A DNA stretch of 64,000 bases from contig CAKKPE010000050.1 of assembly GCA_919901565.1 (NCBI GenBank), forward strand, positions 6,016 through 70,015, read 5' to 3'. The position numbers and the translations under genes are program-made. The stretch comes from a bacterium (GTDB taxonomy: Bacteria > CG2-30-53-67). Positions within the stretch are counted from its first letter, which is position 1. Each line of letters begins with the position of its first letter. The notes below the pieces were generated by a model, which worked only from the letters and a program-made list of their open reading frames with translations, made no database searches and was not told where the DNA came from. Below, piece after piece: positions 12,727-22,927 of the stretch.

Positions 12727-13326
12727 ATGATGAAAAATTTTGCGAAAAAGTCTCTACTGGTTTTGGCATGTATATTATTGCCATGCCTCAGCAGCATCTC
12801 GGAGGCGGTTCCGCTCACCTTCTCGGATAGCGTGATCAACCCCGGGAGTCCAAGTTATGTGCATGTGCTCAATGATAATGTCATTGTTCCGGCGGACTCG
12901 GACGGAGAAACGGCCACACAGTCTTTCACAATCGATTCCGCCATACTGACCATCAATGCCGATATCAATCTCGGGACATTGGATGCTCATCCAGACGATT
13001 TGACCCTTGGCATGTCCGTGATAAGAACTTCGGGGAATTCCATCTTCATGGGGAGACGTGTCTTCTTAAGCAGGCATGCCGACACGGTCCTTAAGAGCCA
13101 AATCCTCCAGTTCAGACTTACGGGCCCGGTCCTTGAGGCGCTTGGCTCAGACCTAAAGCTTCAGGTTGATCTGACCATGAATCCTCTTTTCGGCGGCAGT
13201 ATAAGGGTGAATGAATCAACGCTTTCGGGCATAGCGACCATGGTCCCGGTACCCGAGCCGTCATCCCTGCTGCTTGTCGGAAGCGGAATCCTCGGCCTTT
13301 TCAGTGTATACCGCAGACGAGGGTGA
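12727..13326 (+). CDS. PEP-CTERM sorting-domain exported protein
   Basis: Signal peptide; C-terminal VPEPSSLLLVGSGILGLFSVYRRRG. Confidence 0.9.
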   Translation: MMKNFAKKSLLVLACILLPCLSSISEAVPLTFSDSVINPGSPSYVHVLNDNVIVPADSDGETATQSFTIDSAILTINADINLGTLDAHPDDLTLGMSVIRTSGNSIFMGRRVFLSRHADTVLKSQILQFRLTGPVLEALGSDLKLQVDLTMNPLFGGSIRVNESTLSGIATMVPVPEPSSLLLVGSGILGLFSVYRRRG

Positions 13327-13376
13327 ACCCTGCACCACGCCTTTACCCGGTTAGAGCAGAAAAATTGTCTATTACA

Positions 13377-13416
13377 TTTACCCCGTTAGAGGTCACAAGG
13401 CCTCTGACGGGGTAAA
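13377..13416. repeat. Palindromic repeat, CCCCGTTA...T(G/A)ACGGGG family; may act as a terminator
   Basis: TTTACCCCGTTAGAGG/CCTCTGACGGGGTAAA 16-bp stem; related hairpin at 54896-54924. Confidence 0.65.
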
Positions 13417-13686
13417 GATCGTCCGGAAAGCCTTTTCCAAAAACACCTTCCCATGTGAATCATAAAATATTTTTTCCCCTGGTTCTTGTTTCCTGCAGCA
13501 TGGAGAACCTCTTACGTGATCTTTCCTGCCGGGAATTTTTAAACGGGCCTTGATATGGACCCGCGTTATTCGGCTCATTGGAGCGGATGGCTAAAAAGGT
13601 CCTTTCCATTGACAAATCAAGAGTTTTCATAATAATATAAGGACGTCCACGGAAAATTACTCTCTTTATTTCGGAGCCGGTCGGAT

Positions 13687-14466
13687 ATGGAATGGGCTTT
13701 GCATACGATTTCCCGCTACTTCCCCTTTGTAACGGTACTCGGGAGGATGGCCGGCTTTTTTCTGGAATCCGTGGCCGCTATTTTCACGCCGAAATTCTAT
13801 TCAGTCAGGATGCTGGAGCAGATGCAGCGGATGTGCGTCCACTGCATGGTGCCGGTCCTCTTCGTACTGGCCCCCATGGGAGCGGTTGTGGCCATGGAGA
13901 GCCTCAAGGTCTTTTCCATATTCGGCGCCTCCGGCATGACCAGCAGCCTCCTCTCCGTGGCCCTGTTCCGGGAACTTGCGCCGGTTCTGGTCTCGGTCAT
14001 GGTGGCGAGCCAGGCCGGGGCGGAGACCGCTGCCGAACTCGGGGCCATGCGGGTCAGAGAGCAGATCGATGCCATGGAGGTCATGTCCGTGGATCCCCTC
14101 AAGGCCATGATTGTGCCGAGACTTCTGGCCGGGTTTTTTATCACGCCCATTCTGACCCTGGTCGGGACTTTCACCGGAATACTCGGTGGCTACATCATCG
14201 CGGTGATGGTCAAGGGATCGAACAGCGGCGCCTATATGGGAAACCTTTTTGTCTGGCTGAACATGATGGATGTGATGGGCGGTGTTATCAAGGCGGCGAT
14301 TTTCGGCCTGCTGATCATGGTGATCAGCTGTCACCAGGGTTTCTACGCGAGCGGCGGGGCCGCAGGCGTGGGCCAGGCCACCAACAATTCAGTGGTGCAT
14401 TCAGTGGTTTCGATCCTGGTGGTGAATTACTTTCTGACCACCGCGTTCTTTGGGTTTAATATATGA
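13687..14466 (+). CDS. MlaE/YrbE-family ABC permease
   Basis: RELAPV, AELGAMRVREQIDAMEVMSVDP, GGAAGVGQATNNSVV. Confidence 0.92.
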   Translation: MEWALHTISRYFPFVTVLGRMAGFFLESVAAIFTPKFYSVRMLEQMQRMCVHCMVPVLFVLAPMGAVVAMESLKVFSIFGASGMTSSLLSVALFRELAPVLVSVMVASQAGAETAAELGAMRVREQIDAMEVMSVDPLKAMIVPRLLAGFFITPILTLVGTFTGILGGYIIAVMVKGSNSGAYMGNLFVWLNMMDVMGGVIKAAIFGLLIMVISCHQGFYASGGAAGVGQATNNSVVHSVVSILVVNYFLTTAFFGFNI

Positions 14467-14590
14467 CGGCTTCGTAAAAAGTCCATCTGCGGCGTTGCGC
14501 TGCGTCCTTCGTCATTGCAGCGTAGCTGTAAGTACGCCTCATTCCTCAGGACTTGCGCGCCTTGCATCTGGGCCTTTTTACTTTGCCGTC
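14464..14590 (+). mobile_element. ~127-bp miniature inverted-repeat element (TGACGGC...GCCGTC)
   Basis: Near-identical inverted copy at 28461-28587; terminal inverted repeats; its TGA is the stop codon of the upstream gene. Confidence 0.85.
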
Positions 14591-14623
14591 CCATTTGAGG
14601 ATTTTTTCAAATATAGGCGGCTC

Positions 14624-15397
14624 ATGGAAGTTGTCAACGTACAGGTGCTGGGCCTTTTCGGATACCTCTTTGCAGAGGTCGGCAGGTATGCCTATTTCGT
14701 CGCGGAGACATTCCGCAACCTGTTTTACAAGAAGTTTTATTTTCTCAACCTGATCGACGAGATGAACACCATAGGGAGCCGGTCCCTGCTTGTGCTGGCC
14801 CCGGTGTCGGTCTTTGTGGGGATGAACCTCTGCGTAGAGGGGTTCATCTTCTTCAAGAAATTCGGTGCGCAGAACCTGGTCGGGATGTTCGTGGCCGTGG
14901 CCAACATCCGTGAGCTTTCCCCGCTGATTGCGGGACTGATTACGGGGGCCAAGGCCGGCACACAGATGGCCGCCCGGATCGCGACCATGCGGATAACCCA
15001 GCAGGTTGACGCCATGGAGGTTATCGGGGTCAATCCCTACGCCTACATGATCATCCCCAGGGTGATAGGCGCCATACTCGTCATGCCGTTCCTGGTGGTG
15101 GTCGCCTACTTTGTGAGCACGCTCTCGGCCTATCTGGTTGCGGTCTACCAGCTCGGCCTGAACGGGGATGCATTCATGAACCTGGTCTTTGCCAACATTA
15201 CCATGCAGGACATGTACAAGGGGATGATCAAAGGGGCTGTCTTCGGCGGGATCATCGCCACAGTCTCCTGCTACAGCGGCTACACGGCCTCGGGCGGGGC
15301 CCGCGGTGTGGGGGCGGCCACGAACCTGGCGGTGGTCCGGATGTCCACGGCAGTGGTTTTTTTCAATATCTTTCTAACGGAATGGATGTTCATGTAA
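14624..15397 (+). CDS. Second MlaE/YrbE-family ABC permease
   Basis: RELSPL, IATMRITQQVDAMEVIGVNP. The ORF-track N-terminus is translated repeat, so the start was moved to ATG 14624. Confidence 0.9.
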   Translation: MEVVNVQVLGLFGYLFAEVGRYAYFVAETFRNLFYKKFYFLNLIDEMNTIGSRSLLVLAPVSVFVGMNLCVEGFIFFKKFGAQNLVGMFVAVANIRELSPLIAGLITGAKAGTQMAARIATMRITQQVDAMEVIGVNPYAYMIIPRVIGAILVMPFLVVVAYFVSTLSAYLVAVYQLGLNGDAFMNLVFANITMQDMYKGMIKGAVFGGIIATVSCYSGYTASGGARGVGAATNLAVVRMSTAVVFFNIFLTEWMFM

Positions 15398-15406
15398 GAG
15401 GGGTTC

Positions 15407-16228
15407 ATGATCGAGTTTCGCCATGTGTACAAATCCTTCGGTGACCTTGTGGTTCTGGATGATGTCTCCTGCGAGATCCCCGAGGGGAAGATCACCATGA
15501 TCATCGGGCCGAGCGGGACCGGGAAGAGCGTTTTTATCAAACTTATGGTCGGTATCGTAAAACCTGACAGCGGAGATGTCATCGTGGACGGCCATGTGAT
15601 CTCGAGTCTCCCGACCCATGAACTCTATGAGGTGCGCAAAAAATTCGGCGTCCTTTTCCAGGATGGGGCGCTTTTTGATTCCATGAGCGTGGGGGAGAAT
15701 GTGGCCTTCCCGCTCCGGGAGCATACCCGTCTTTCGAATGCAGAGATCTCAAGGATCGTTTCGGACAAGCTGACATCGGTCGGGATGCCGAACTCCGAAT
15801 GCCGTCTGCCCAGCGAGCTCTCGGGCGGCATGAAGAAAAGAGCGGCCCTGGCCCGTGCCATCGTTATGGAGCCGGACATCGTGGTCTTTGACGAGCCCTC
15901 TTCGGCCCTGGACCCCGTGACCGCGGATTCCATTGACAACCTGATCCTGGAAATGCAACAGAGGCTCCAGTGCACCTTCGTGGTGGTGAGTCACGATATT
16001 GAAAGCACCTTCAAGATTGCAGACTATATCGGGATGCTGTGGCAGGGGAAGCTGATAGCCTTCGGAGAAAAAGATAAAATCATGAACATGAACAACGACG
16101 TCCTCCGGCAGTTTTTCAGCCGGCGTGCCCAGGGGCCGATCCAGATCGTGCCGCCGATATGCAAGGACCTTGATGAAGCAGGAAGCAGGGGTGCGGGGAA
16201 CGGCCGGGATGTCTCAAGCAAAAAATAG
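15407..16228 (+). CDS. MlaF/Mkl-family ABC ATPase
   Basis: GPSGTGKS, LFQDGALFDSM, ELSGGMKKR, FDEP. Confidence 0.92.
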   Translation: MIEFRHVYKSFGDLVVLDDVSCEIPEGKITMIIGPSGTGKSVFIKLMVGIVKPDSGDVIVDGHVISSLPTHELYEVRKKFGVLFQDGALFDSMSVGENVAFPLREHTRLSNAEISRIVSDKLTSVGMPNSECRLPSELSGGMKKRAALARAIVMEPDIVVFDEPSSALDPVTADSIDNLILEMQQRLQCTFVVVSHDIESTFKIADYIGMLWQGKLIAFGEKDKIMNMNNDVLRQFFSRRAQGPIQIVPPICKDLDEAGSRGAGNGRDVSSKK

Positions 16229-16275
16229 ATCCATGTGCGTCATGATTTTAAGGGCTGCGGGATAAGGAGAACCAA

Positions 16276-17199
16276 ATGGGTCAGAACCGATTCGTGGTAT
16301 TAGGGCTGTTCGTGCTTCTCGCTATGGCGATGTTCTTTTACCTTGCCTACAAAGTGGAGTCGTTCTCCCTGGGCCGGGGGACCGAGGTGACGGTCCTGTT
16401 CGAAGACGCCACCGGCCTGAAGAAGGGTGGGGATGTCAAGATCAAGGGGGTGATCTTCGGGAAAATCACGTCGCTTGATTACCAGGACAACCGGGCTGAG
16501 GTCAGGATCCGGCTCCCGCGGGACGTCAAGGTCCCACGGGATGTCATGGCCAGGATCCGTCCGGAAAGCCTGCTCGGTGAGAATTTCCTCGAACTGATCA
16601 TCCCGGCGGGAAGCACTGCGGAACCGCTCAAGTCCGGGGACGTGATCACCAATTCCAGCAAGGCCATTGACATCAACCAGTTCGTGGACAAGGTAGGGGT
16701 CTTCATCGAACGATTCGATGCCTCGAACTTTCCGGATAATCTCAGCAAGATTGTGGCAACCCTGGCGGACAACAGCGGAAGAATCCAGGAGACGATCAAG
16801 AACCTCGACAAACTGGCCCTGGATGCCAGTGCCCTGATCTCCGGAAACAAGGATTCGCTCCAGAGGACCATCCAAAACTTCGACAGGCTTACTGCCGCTT
16901 TTGGCAAGGAGGCTCCGAAGAGCGCGGAAAATCTCAATCAGATCCTCGCCCGCCTGGAGAAATTGACAGGCGACCTGGAACAGAAGTCTCCGGACCTGGC
17001 CGAGGACCTGGGCAGGACCATGAAGAACCTCTCCGCTGCTTCCGAGGAACTTCCCAAGACCTTGCAGGATGTTCAGGAACTTTCAGCAAGACTTCATACC
17101 ACGCTGGACAATGTGGACCATTTCTTTCTTGAGGATACCCCTGATATCAAGGACATCCTGGAAAACCGGGGGATCAAGACAAGAGTCAGGATCTGGTAA
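16276..17199 (+). CDS. MCE (MlaD) domain protein with a long helical C-terminus
   Basis: TM anchor, FEDATGLKKGGDVKIKGV, SLLGENFLEL, coiled-coil-like tail. Confidence 0.9.
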   Translation: MGQNRFVVLGLFVLLAMAMFFYLAYKVESFSLGRGTEVTVLFEDATGLKKGGDVKIKGVIFGKITSLDYQDNRAEVRIRLPRDVKVPRDVMARIRPESLLGENFLELIIPAGSTAEPLKSGDVITNSSKAIDINQFVDKVGVFIERFDASNFPDNLSKIVATLADNSGRIQETIKNLDKLALDASALISGNKDSLQRTIQNFDRLTAAFGKEAPKSAENLNQILARLEKLTGDLEQKSPDLAEDLGRTMKNLSAASEELPKTLQDVQELSARLHTTLDNVDHFFLEDTPDIKDILENRGIKTRVRIW

Positions 17200-17201
17200 T
17201 C

Positions 17202-17582
17202 ATGAACCGACGCCTGTTCAACATCAAAGAGCTCCTGGATAAGATGCCTTCCGAGGCCAACCGGATCGTCCTCTTCGCGGATGCATATGTCATGGGGAGC
17301 CTCTGGAGGCTGGGTCCGGGTGAAGAGATCTACCCGCACCAGCATCCCGGCTCCGATGATGTCTGGGTGGTGCTGAAAGGGGAGGGGGAATACTGGATGG
17401 AAAAGGACACTCCCCCATGCAGGCTGAGCGAGGGGATGGTGGCCCTGGCCCCGGCACGCCATGCCCACGGCGTGCGGAACACGGGCAAAGAGGCCCTGGT
17501 TTTTATTTCCATGACGGCGCCCCAGCCTCTGGATATTGAGCCTGTGGAAGGTCTTGCTGATAAGAATACGGAAAAAGGATAA
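17202..17582 (+). CDS. Cupin-domain protein
   Basis: HQHP..DDVWVVLKGEG and PARHAHGVRNTG cupin motifs. Confidence 0.85.
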   Translation: MNRRLFNIKELLDKMPSEANRIVLFADAYVMGSLWRLGPGEEIYPHQHPGSDDVWVVLKGEGEYWMEKDTPPCRLSEGMVALAPARHAHGVRNTGKEALVFISMTAPQPLDIEPVEGLADKNTEKG

Positions 17583-17750
17583 CCCCCGGTCTCTGTTTTT
17601 TCCTGCTCCCTTATCCCGGAAAGCCCCGTGCTTCAGCTCCGGTGAAAAATTTATTACGATCACCCGGCTCTTTGGGATTGAGTTCGCCGCCGTCTTGTGA
17701 TACACATATTAAATTAAAGAAAAAGGCCTGTTTTAACTTTGGAGTGATCA

Positions 17751-18830
17751 ATGCCGAAAGAATTTGTCCCCAAGTGGATTGCCTGGGAGACCACGCAGCG
17801 GTGCAACCTGCGGTGCGTGCACTGCCGCTGTTCTTCGGATATGGAGGCCTCGGAGGGGGACTTCACCACAGAAGAGGGTAAAAAGCTCATTGACGATATC
17901 GTCGAGTTCTGCAGCCCCGTACTGGTCCTCTCCGGCGGCGAACCGCTTCTCAGAAAGGATATCTTCGAAATTGCCAGGTACGGGACTGACAAGGGGCTGC
18001 GCATGTGCATGGCCACCAACGGGACCCTGATCGACGATACGGTCTGCGAGAAGATCAAGTCCTCGGGAATCCGGATTGTCTCCCTGAGCCTGGACGGATC
18101 CAGGGCCGAGATCCACGACAATTTCCGGGCGTGCCCCGGCTCTTTTGACGGGATTCTCCGGGGAGCCGCGATGCTGAAGAAATACGGGATCGAGTTTATC
18201 ATCAACTCCTCCTTTACCAAGAGGAACCAGCACGATATCGCCAATGTCTTCAAACTGGCCAAGTCCATCGGGGCCACGGCGTGGTACATGTTCATGATCG
18301 TTCCTACGGGCCGAGGTGAGGAGATCATGTCCGAGCTCATCTCCAAGGAGGACTATGAGGAGATCCTCAAGTGGCACTATGAACAGGAGAAGTTGGAGAA
18401 GGATATCCTGATGCGGCCCACCTGCGCCCCGCATTACTACCGGCTGGTGCCTCAGCTCGCGAAGAAAGACGGGAGCCGCTTCGAACGGCGGACTCTGAAG
18501 TTTTCCACCGGAGGGGCCAAGGGGTGTATAGCAGCGCAGTCCATCTGCCTGATCGACTGCTTCGGGAATGTGAAGCCCTGCAGCTACTTCCAGAGGTCGG
18601 CCGGGAATGTGAAGCAGCAGAAATTCAGGGAGATCTGGGAAAACTCGCAGCTTTTTAAAGACCTCAGGGATTTTAAGCAGTACAAGGGAAAATGCGGCGT
18701 CTGCGAATACATCAACGTATGCGGCGGATGCCGGGCCCGGGCCGATTCGGTCTACGACGACTATATGGCCGAGGAGCCCTTCTGCAATTATATTCCGGTG
18801 AAGATGCAGAAGACCGGAGATAATAAATAG
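17751..18830 (+). CDS. ahbD: Radical SAM/SPASM protein, AhbD-like (AdoMet-dependent heme b synthase / coproheme decarboxylase)
   Basis: [35 protein letters not shown] cysteines; adjacent to hemE-hemH. Confidence 0.75.
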   Translation: MPKEFVPKWIAWETTQRCNLRCVHCRCSSDMEASEGDFTTEEGKKLIDDIVEFCSPVLVLSGGEPLLRKDIFEIARYGTDKGLRMCMATNGTLIDDTVCEKIKSSGIRIVSLSLDGSRAEIHDNFRACPGSFDGILRGAAMLKKYGIEFIINSSFTKRNQHDIANVFKLAKSIGATAWYMFMIVPTGRGEEIMSELISKEDYEEILKWHYEQEKLEKDILMRPTCAPHYYRLVPQLAKKDGSRFERRTLKFSTGGAKGCIAAQSICLIDCFGNVKPCSYFQRSAGNVKQQKFREIWENSQLFKDLRDFKQYKGKCGVCEYINVCGGCRARADSVYDDYMAEEPFCNYIPVKMQKTGDNK

Positions 18831-18930
18831 ACGGCAGAGGGCAGAGGACGGAAGAACAGTAAAAGAAGTGGGCGGTAAAATCAGAAGGCTGAAGGCTGAA
18901 CGCAGTGTGCGGACGGCAGACGACAGAGGG
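18829..18930 (+). repeat. Purine-rich degenerate heptamer repeat tract
   Basis: GGCAGAG/GACAGAG/AGGCTGA-like units; its reverse complement resembles 54977-55210. Confidence 0.6.
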
Positions 18931-18931
18931 G

Positions 18932-19022
18932 CCCCCTCACCTTTATCCTCCCCTTAGGGGAGAGGAGAGAAGAAAAGAAAAGCGTGGCCCTCTCCCCTGC
19001 GGGGAGAGGGGAGGGTGAGGGG
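18932..19022. repeat. CCCCTCACC...GGTGAGGGG palindromic REP-like element
   Basis: Outer arms CCCCTCACC/GGTGAGGGG with internal hairpins such as CCCTCTCCCC-TGC-GGGGAGAGGG. Confidence 0.75.
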
Positions 19023-19066
19023 TTTATGATGTTTTATAATCTTCAAACTCCTTGAAAGGGGATGAG

Positions 19067-20104
19067 ATGGCATTCAATGATCTTTTTCTCAGGGCATGCA
19101 GGCGGGAACCCGTGGAGATGACCCCGGTCTGGATGATGCGCCAGGCGGGAAGGTTCCTGAAAACTTACCGGGACCTGCGTGAAAAGGCGGACTTTCTCAC
19201 CATGTGCAAGACCCCTGAGCTTGCAGCGGAAGCCACGCTTCTCCCTGTCAACGAACTGAATGTGGATGCAGCCATCCTCTTTTCCGATATCCTGATTCCG
19301 GTGGAGGCCATGGGCATGGCGCTTGACTTCACGCCGGCCCCGGTTTTTGCCGAACCCATACGGAACGGCAAACAGATTGAGGCATTGCGTATACCCGATC
19401 CAGAGGAGTCGGTCCCTTTTGTCATGGAGGCCATCCGGATTCTGCGTCGGGAACTCACCGGCCGGGTGCCGCTCATCGGATTCTCCGGCGCGCCGTTTAC
19501 TCTGGCCTCCTACATGGTGGAAGGTGGGGGGTCCAAAAACTATATCCCTTTCAAGAGCCTTATCTATCAGGAGCCGGAACTCTATGCCCGGCTCATGGAC
19601 AAGATCACCGAGACCGTGATCCGCTACCTTAATGCTCAGATCGCAGCCGGGGCCCAGGCCGTGCAGATCTTCGATACCTGGGGCGGCATCCTCACCCCCG
19701 AGGATTTCGAGACCTATGACCTCCCCTATACCGTAAAGGTCATCCGGGGACTGAAAAGAAAAGGCGTCCCGGTCATCCACTACGTGGGAACCGGATCCGC
19801 TCTCCTGGGCAGGATAAAAAATTCCGGCGCCGATGTCATCGGAATAGACTGGCGCATCGGGATTGACGAGGCCCGGCGGATACTGGGTCCGGATCTTGCC
19901 GTGCAGGGGAACTTTGACCCCACGGCCCTGTTTGCACCCATCCCGGAGATACAGCGGAGAGTCCGGGAGATCCTGGACAAGGCCGGTGATGCTCCGGGAC
20001 ATATCTTCAACCTGGGGCACGGGATCCTTCCCGCCACGCCTGAGGCGCATGCCAGGGCTCTGGTGGATGCGGTGCACAACTACAGCCGAAAAAAGAACGC
20101 ATGA
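19067..20104 (+). CDS. hemE: Uroporphyrinogen decarboxylase
   Basis: PVWMMRQAGR, AAILFSDIL, IGFSGAPFTLASY, HIFNLGHG. Confidence 0.97.
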   Translation: MAFNDLFLRACRREPVEMTPVWMMRQAGRFLKTYRDLREKADFLTMCKTPELAAEATLLPVNELNVDAAILFSDILIPVEAMGMALDFTPAPVFAEPIRNGKQIEALRIPDPEESVPFVMEAIRILRRELTGRVPLIGFSGAPFTLASYMVEGGGSKNYIPFKSLIYQEPELYARLMDKITETVIRYLNAQIAAGAQAVQIFDTWGGILTPEDFETYDLPYTVKVIRGLKRKGVPVIHYVGTGSALLGRIKNSGADVIGIDWRIGIDEARRILGPDLAVQGNFDPTALFAPIPEIQRRVREILDKAGDAPGHIFNLGHGILPATPEAHARALVDAVHNYSRKKNA

Positions 20105-21075
20105 CAGACAAGACCGCGGTCATCCTCCTGAATCTGGGCGGCCCCGAAAACGAGGAGCAGATCCGTCCTTTCCTGCTCAGGCTCTTTTCCGACCGCGACA
20201 TCATCCGGCTCCCCATGCAGCCGCTTCTCTCCCGTCTCATCGTCCACTTCCGGTCCCCAAAGGTTATTGAAAATTACAGGAAGATCGGTGGCGGCTCCCC
20301 GCTATTGAAGATCACCATGGCCCAGGCTGAGACCCTGGAAGCGGCGCTTCACGAAAGGGGTCTCGATGCACACGTCCTCGTAGCCATGCGTTATACGGCT
20401 CCGCGCTCGGATGATGCGGTGCGTGAAGCATTGTCCAGAGGGGCAAAAACGATCCTAGCACTCCCGCTTTACCCGCATTTCTCACAGGCTACTACGGGGT
20501 CGAGCCTGAGTGACCTTGGCCGGGCCGCGGCCAAGGCCGTTACATCAGGTGCGATCCGCATCAAGGAGGTCAAAAGCTTCTGCGATCATCCGACGTATCT
20601 GGATGTGCTTGCCGACAAGGTAAGGCAGGGATTGAATTCCTTCTCGTCTGAACATCACGGAAAGGTAGAGGTCATCTTTTCGGCCCATGCCCTTCCGCAG
20701 AAGATGATCGATCAGGGGGATCCCTATCTTTCCGAGATTCAAAAGACCATTCAGGGCGTATTGCAGAGGGTCGAACCGGTGTCCCATCATCTTGCCTTTC
20801 AGAGCCGGAGCGGACCGGTCCGATGGATGAAGCCCGGAACCGATGAGGTCATCCGTGCTCTCGCCGCGCAAGGAAAGAAAGCCCTGCTCCTCGTTCCCGT
20901 GAGTTTCGTCTCGGATCATATCGAGACGCTCTACGAGATCGACATCCTTTACAAGGAACTCGCCCTCTCCTCCGGGATTCTGGAATACAGAAGAACCGAA
21001 TCCCTGAACACCGACCCGGCCTTCATCTCGGCCCTGGCCCGGATCGTTACAGATAGGCTTTCTGCTAAGTTTTGA
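20101..21075 (+). CDS. hemH: Ferrochelatase (protoporphyrin or coproporphyrin)
   Basis: LLNLGGP, IGGGSPL, LPLYPHFS, FSAHALP, FVSDHIETLYEID. Confidence 0.95.
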   Translation: MTDKTAVILLNLGGPENEEQIRPFLLRLFSDRDIIRLPMQPLLSRLIVHFRSPKVIENYRKIGGGSPLLKITMAQAETLEAALHERGLDAHVLVAMRYTAPRSDDAVREALSRGAKTILALPLYPHFSQATTGSSLSDLGRAAAKAVTSGAIRIKEVKSFCDHPTYLDVLADKVRQGLNSFSSEHHGKVEVIFSAHALPQKMIDQGDPYLSEIQKTIQGVLQRVEPVSHHLAFQSRSGPVRWMKPGTDEVIRALAAQGKKALLLVPVSFVSDHIETLYEIDILYKELALSSGILEYRRTESLNTDPAFISALARIVTDRLSAKF

Positions 21076-21100
21076 CGGCTTTGCAAGAAGTCCATCTGCG
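21073..21100 (+). repeat. Truncated left end of the 127-bp miniature element
   Basis: TGACGGCTTTGCAAGAAGTCCATCTGCG versus TGACGGCTTCGTAAAAAGTCCATCTGCG at 14464. Confidence 0.75.
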
Positions 21101-21222
21101 ATGTTGAGTTTTTCAGCCATAGATCCAAAACAATGGGACATTAGCATTGACAAAATGATGAATATAATATAAATTAAGCATGTAAATACAAATAATTAGA
21201 TTTAGTTTATATTGGGACATCA

Positions 21223-22398
21223 ATGAGGACATTTGAAAAGACACATCCTTGGATAAAATTTGAACTTGATCTGAGGAAATTTGACTACAAACTTTGGATG
21301 GCGCTTGGAGAGGCCGAATCAAAATGCGAGCACATCGCCGGGGTTCCTTTACAACCGCCTACAGCAGAAAAGCTTCATCTTTTATACCTTGCAAAAGGCG
21401 TCAGGGCTACAACGGCAATTGAGGGAAACACGCTTACCGAAGAGGAAGTGATTGAGCGCATAGAAGGGAAGCTTTCTCTGCCGCCTTCGCGCGAATACCT
21501 TGGAAAAGAAGTGGACAATATTGTCAAAGGCTGTAATGAGATTAAGGGACAATTGATGAGAGGGGGTTCATCCGGCTTAAGCGTTGCGGAAATGACGGCA
21601 TTTAACAAAACGGTTCTGGACGGGCTGGAACGGGCTTCAGATATTGTGCCAGGAGTCATTAGAAAATATTCGGTAGGAGTGGCGGGATACAAGGGGGCGC
21701 CGGCCGAGGATTGCGAGTATCTTCTTCAGCGCATGTGCGACTGGCTGAATGCACCAGAGTTCAACCCGTCGGAACATGCTATAATATACAGCGTGATAAA
21801 GGCGATTGCTGCCCATCTCTATATTGCGTGGATACACCCCTTTGGGGATGGCAATGGACGTACTGCCCGGCTGCTGGAGTTCAAGATACTCCTCTCGTCC
21901 GGCATCCCCACACCTGCCGCTCACCTGCTGAGCAACCACTACAACCTTACGAGAACCGAATATTACCGGCAACTTGATTATGCAAGTAAATCAAAAGGGG
22001 ACATCATTTCCTTCATACGGTATGCGGTGGAAGGTTTTGTTGATGGTCTGCGGTTACAGCTCAAGGTCGTACAGCAGCAGCAATTACTCGTTGCCTGGCG
22101 CGATTACGTGTATGAGCGTTTCCGGGACAAGTCCGGGAAAATGAACGAGCGCCTGAGAAGATTGGTGTTGGATCTTTCAGAGCAGAGGGAACCCGTGGCC
22201 TTTACAAAGCTCAGTCAAGTCAGCTCCCGGATAGCGGAATTGTACGCCACAAAAACGCAGAAGACCATCCGTCGCGATGTCGCCGCATTGCTGAAACTCA
22301 ATCTGATCCGGCAGGAGGAAAGCGGCTTTGTTGCAAACAAAGAAATCATGCTCTCGTTTCTGCCGGAACGTAACAGAACGGCGAAAATAAAGCAGTAA
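21223..22398 (+). CDS. Fic-family protein (class II-like) with a C-terminal HTH
   Basis: HPFGDGNGRTAR Fic motif; N-terminal inhibitory-type TTAIEGN. Confidence 0.92.
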   Translation: MRTFEKTHPWIKFELDLRKFDYKLWMALGEAESKCEHIAGVPLQPPTAEKLHLLYLAKGVRATTAIEGNTLTEEEVIERIEGKLSLPPSREYLGKEVDNIVKGCNEIKGQLMRGGSSGLSVAEMTAFNKTVLDGLERASDIVPGVIRKYSVGVAGYKGAPAEDCEYLLQRMCDWLNAPEFNPSEHAIIYSVIKAIAAHLYIAWIHPFGDGNGRTARLLEFKILLSSGIPTPAAHLLSNHYNLTRTEYYRQLDYASKSKGDIISFIRYAVEGFVDGLRLQLKVVQQQQLLVAWRDYVYERFRDKSGKMNERLRRLVLDLSEQREPVAFTKLSQVSSRIAELYATKTQKTIRRDVAALLKLNLIRQEESGFVANKEIMLSFLPERNRTAKIKQ

Positions 22399-22503
22399 GA
22401 AAAACCGATACCCTGCACCAACCTGCGCAATCTGGTAAGCAAGACGAGATGGTTTTTCCATTATTCCAGGCGGTTGTTTTCATCCTTGACAAACCCTTCT
22501 TGT

Positions 22504-22526
22504 GTGTTGTACAGTTATTACAACAC
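22504..22526. promoter_or_regulatory. Palindromic operator overlapping the XRE gene promoter
   Basis: GTGTTGTA-N7-TACAACAC perfect inverted repeat downstream of TTGACA (22486-22491). Confidence 0.7.
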
Positions 22527-22549
22527 TGACGAAAGGAGGTGTGGGCATC

Positions 22550-22924
22550 ATGCCAACGAAAGTTACATTCGGCGAGTTTTTTAAACAGAAAAGAATTGGT
22601 CTGAAAAAGACCCTACGTCAATTCTGCGCAGAAAACAAACTTGATCCTGGAAACATCAGCAAACTTGAAAGAGGTCTTCTATCACCGCCGCAGGGGAGTG
22701 ACAAGCTCGAAGAATATGCAGGCTACCTGCATATAAAAAAGGGCTCTGACGATTGGTATAAATTCTTCGATCTTGCCCGCATAGAGGCGGGACGCATTCC
22801 CGAAGAGTTGTTGAAGGACGATGCAGTTGTGGCGAGTTTGCCTATCCTGTTCCGGACTCTGCGGGGACAGAAAATATCAGAAAAGAAACTCGATGAACTG
22901 GTGCAGTTGATCCGCAAATCATAA
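22550..22924 (+). CDS. XRE-family HTH regulator
   Basis: FGEFFKQKR..TLRQF...DPGNISKLERG; AGGAGG RBS. Confidence 0.9.
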   Translation: MPTKVTFGEFFKQKRIGLKKTLRQFCAENKLDPGNISKLERGLLSPPQGSDKLEEYAGYLHIKKGSDDWYKFFDLARIEAGRIPEELLKDDAVVASLPILFRTLRGQKISEKKLDELVQLIRKS

Positions 22925-22927
22925 CCT

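Noticed and set aside
14450-14623. N-terminal extension of the second MlaE
   Set aside because: It is translation of the 127-bp element; ATG 14624 gives a normal-length permease.
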